From an uncultured Sutterella sp. (GTDB taxonomy: Bacteria; Pseudomonadota; Gammaproteobacteria; Burkholderiales; Burkholderiaceae_F), in NCBI GenBank assembly GCA_900542195.1, contig UQNA01000001.1:49640-113639 (forward strand): a stretch of DNA of 64,000 nucleotides, read 5' to 3'. The translations under genes were made by a program, and so were the position numbers. Shown in pieces: positions 63,376-64,000 of the stretch (the first letter of the stretch is position 1; every line of letters begins with the position of its first letter). Below the pieces are notes generated by a model that worked only from the letters and a program-made list of their open reading frames with translations, searched no databases and had not been told where the DNA came from.

Positions 63376-64000
63376 TTAAGCTCCGTAAGCCTTTCTGTAG
63401 GCCTCGATGGCTTTCTCGTATTGCTTAAGTTCGGAAGCTTCTGAGTTCTTCAGATAACTCATCAAGTCTTTCAAACTAGCAATTGAACAAACGGGAATTC
63501 CGTATTGTTCTTCTACTTCTTGGACTGCAGATTGTTTTTTAACTGTTTCTGCGTTGCCTGCGCATTCCATTCTGTCTAACGCAATGAGAACGCCGGACGG
63601 GACAGCACCGTTGGCACGGATAAGGTTAACGGACTCTCTAACGGAAGTTCCCGCAGAAATCACGTCATCGATAATAACTACGTTACCTTGAAGAGGCGCA
63701 CCGACAATAGAGCCTCCTTCACCGTGATCCTTAGCTTCCTTTCGGTTGAATGCAAACGGAAGGTCTCGGCCGAGTTCGGCCATGCGGATTGCAACGGCAC
63801 AGCCCAAAGGAATGCCTTTATAAGCAGGGCCAAAAACCATATCGCACTTTACTCGGCCTGTATCGATTGCGGCGATAAGAGTCTTCGCGTAAAAATCTGA
63901 CAAAGTATGAAGCATGGAGCCGGTGTTAAAAAGGCCCGCATTAAAGAAGTACGGGGACAAACGGCCTGCTTTCGTCTTAAACTCTCCGAATCTGAGAACT
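63376..64000 (-). CDS. pyrE: Orotate phosphoribosyltransferase, 3' part only (N-terminus beyond the window end)
   Basis: My translation continues upstream of the track ORF: ...[21 protein letters not shown]..., plus the PRPP-binding motif [13 protein letters not shown]. Confidence 0.85.
   Translation of the reverse strand, partial: VLRFGEFKTKAGRLSPYFFNAGLFNTGSMLHTLSDFYAKTLIAAIDTGRVKCDMVFGPAYKGIPLGCAVAIRMAELGRDLPFAFNRKEAKDHGEGGSIVGAPLQGNVVIIDDVISAGTSVRESVNLIRANGAVPSGVLIALDRMECAGNAETVKKQSAVQEVEEQYGIPVCSIASLKDLMSYLKNSEASELKQYEKAIEAYRKAYGA

Overview
The window is a 64-kb chromosomal stretch with the character of a Betaproteobacteria/Sutterellaceae-like asaccharolytic anaerobe. That taxonomic guess is inference from gene content only, with no database hit.

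Roughly 95% of the window is coding. The main blocks, in order:
(i) 1-23.4 kb: a respiration and amino-acid-catabolism island. It holds seven LysR-type regulators, four paralogs of the aspartate ammonia-lyase/fumarase superfamily and a DcuA/DcuB-type C4-dicarboxylate transporter. It also holds a tetraheme flavocytochrome c fumarate-reductase-like gene at the left edge, a Tat-exported FMN alpha-hydroxy-acid-dehydrogenase-family flavoprotein with a small c-type cytochrome, and an arginase/agmatinase-family hydrolase. An NfeD-stomatin pair and two EamA permeases complete this block.
(ii) 23.5-32 kb: a textbook cell-shape cluster, mreB-mreC-mreD-mrdA(PBP2)-mrdB(rodA)-rlpA, followed by an M20 dipeptidase.
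(iii) 32.1-35.4 kb: gatCAB.
(iv) 35.4-41.9 kb: two tandem paralogous classical autotransporters of about 895 aa flanking a beta-carbonic anhydrase.
(v) 42.6-49.0 kb: a six-gene operon for a periplasmic AOR-family (YdhV-like) Mo/W-pterin oxidoreductase. Its partners are two Tat-signal [4Fe-4S] proteins, an NrfD/PsrC-type membrane anchor, a triheme cytochrome c and a protein of unknown function.
(vi) an APC-family amino-acid permease.
(vii) 51.9-61.3 kb: a giant autotransporter of about 3100 aa, present as four ORF fragments.
(viii) an HxlR regulator, a small divergent gene, and pyrE at the right edge.

No rRNA, tRNA, CRISPR, IS or integrase signals were recognised by eye.

The most interesting signals are:
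- The giant autotransporter. A G7 homopolymer sits exactly at the junction between the signal peptide and the passenger, and the present length leaves the gene OFF; G6 would fuse the frames. The gene carries two further lesions, a 1-nt frameshift and an in-frame amber codon.
- A translationally coupled pair of fumarase-superfamily paralogs with complementary loss of active-site motifs. This suggests an obligate heteromer or pseudo-enzyme pair.
- The periplasmic YdhV-like AOR respiratory module with an unusual cytochrome c/NrfD partner set.
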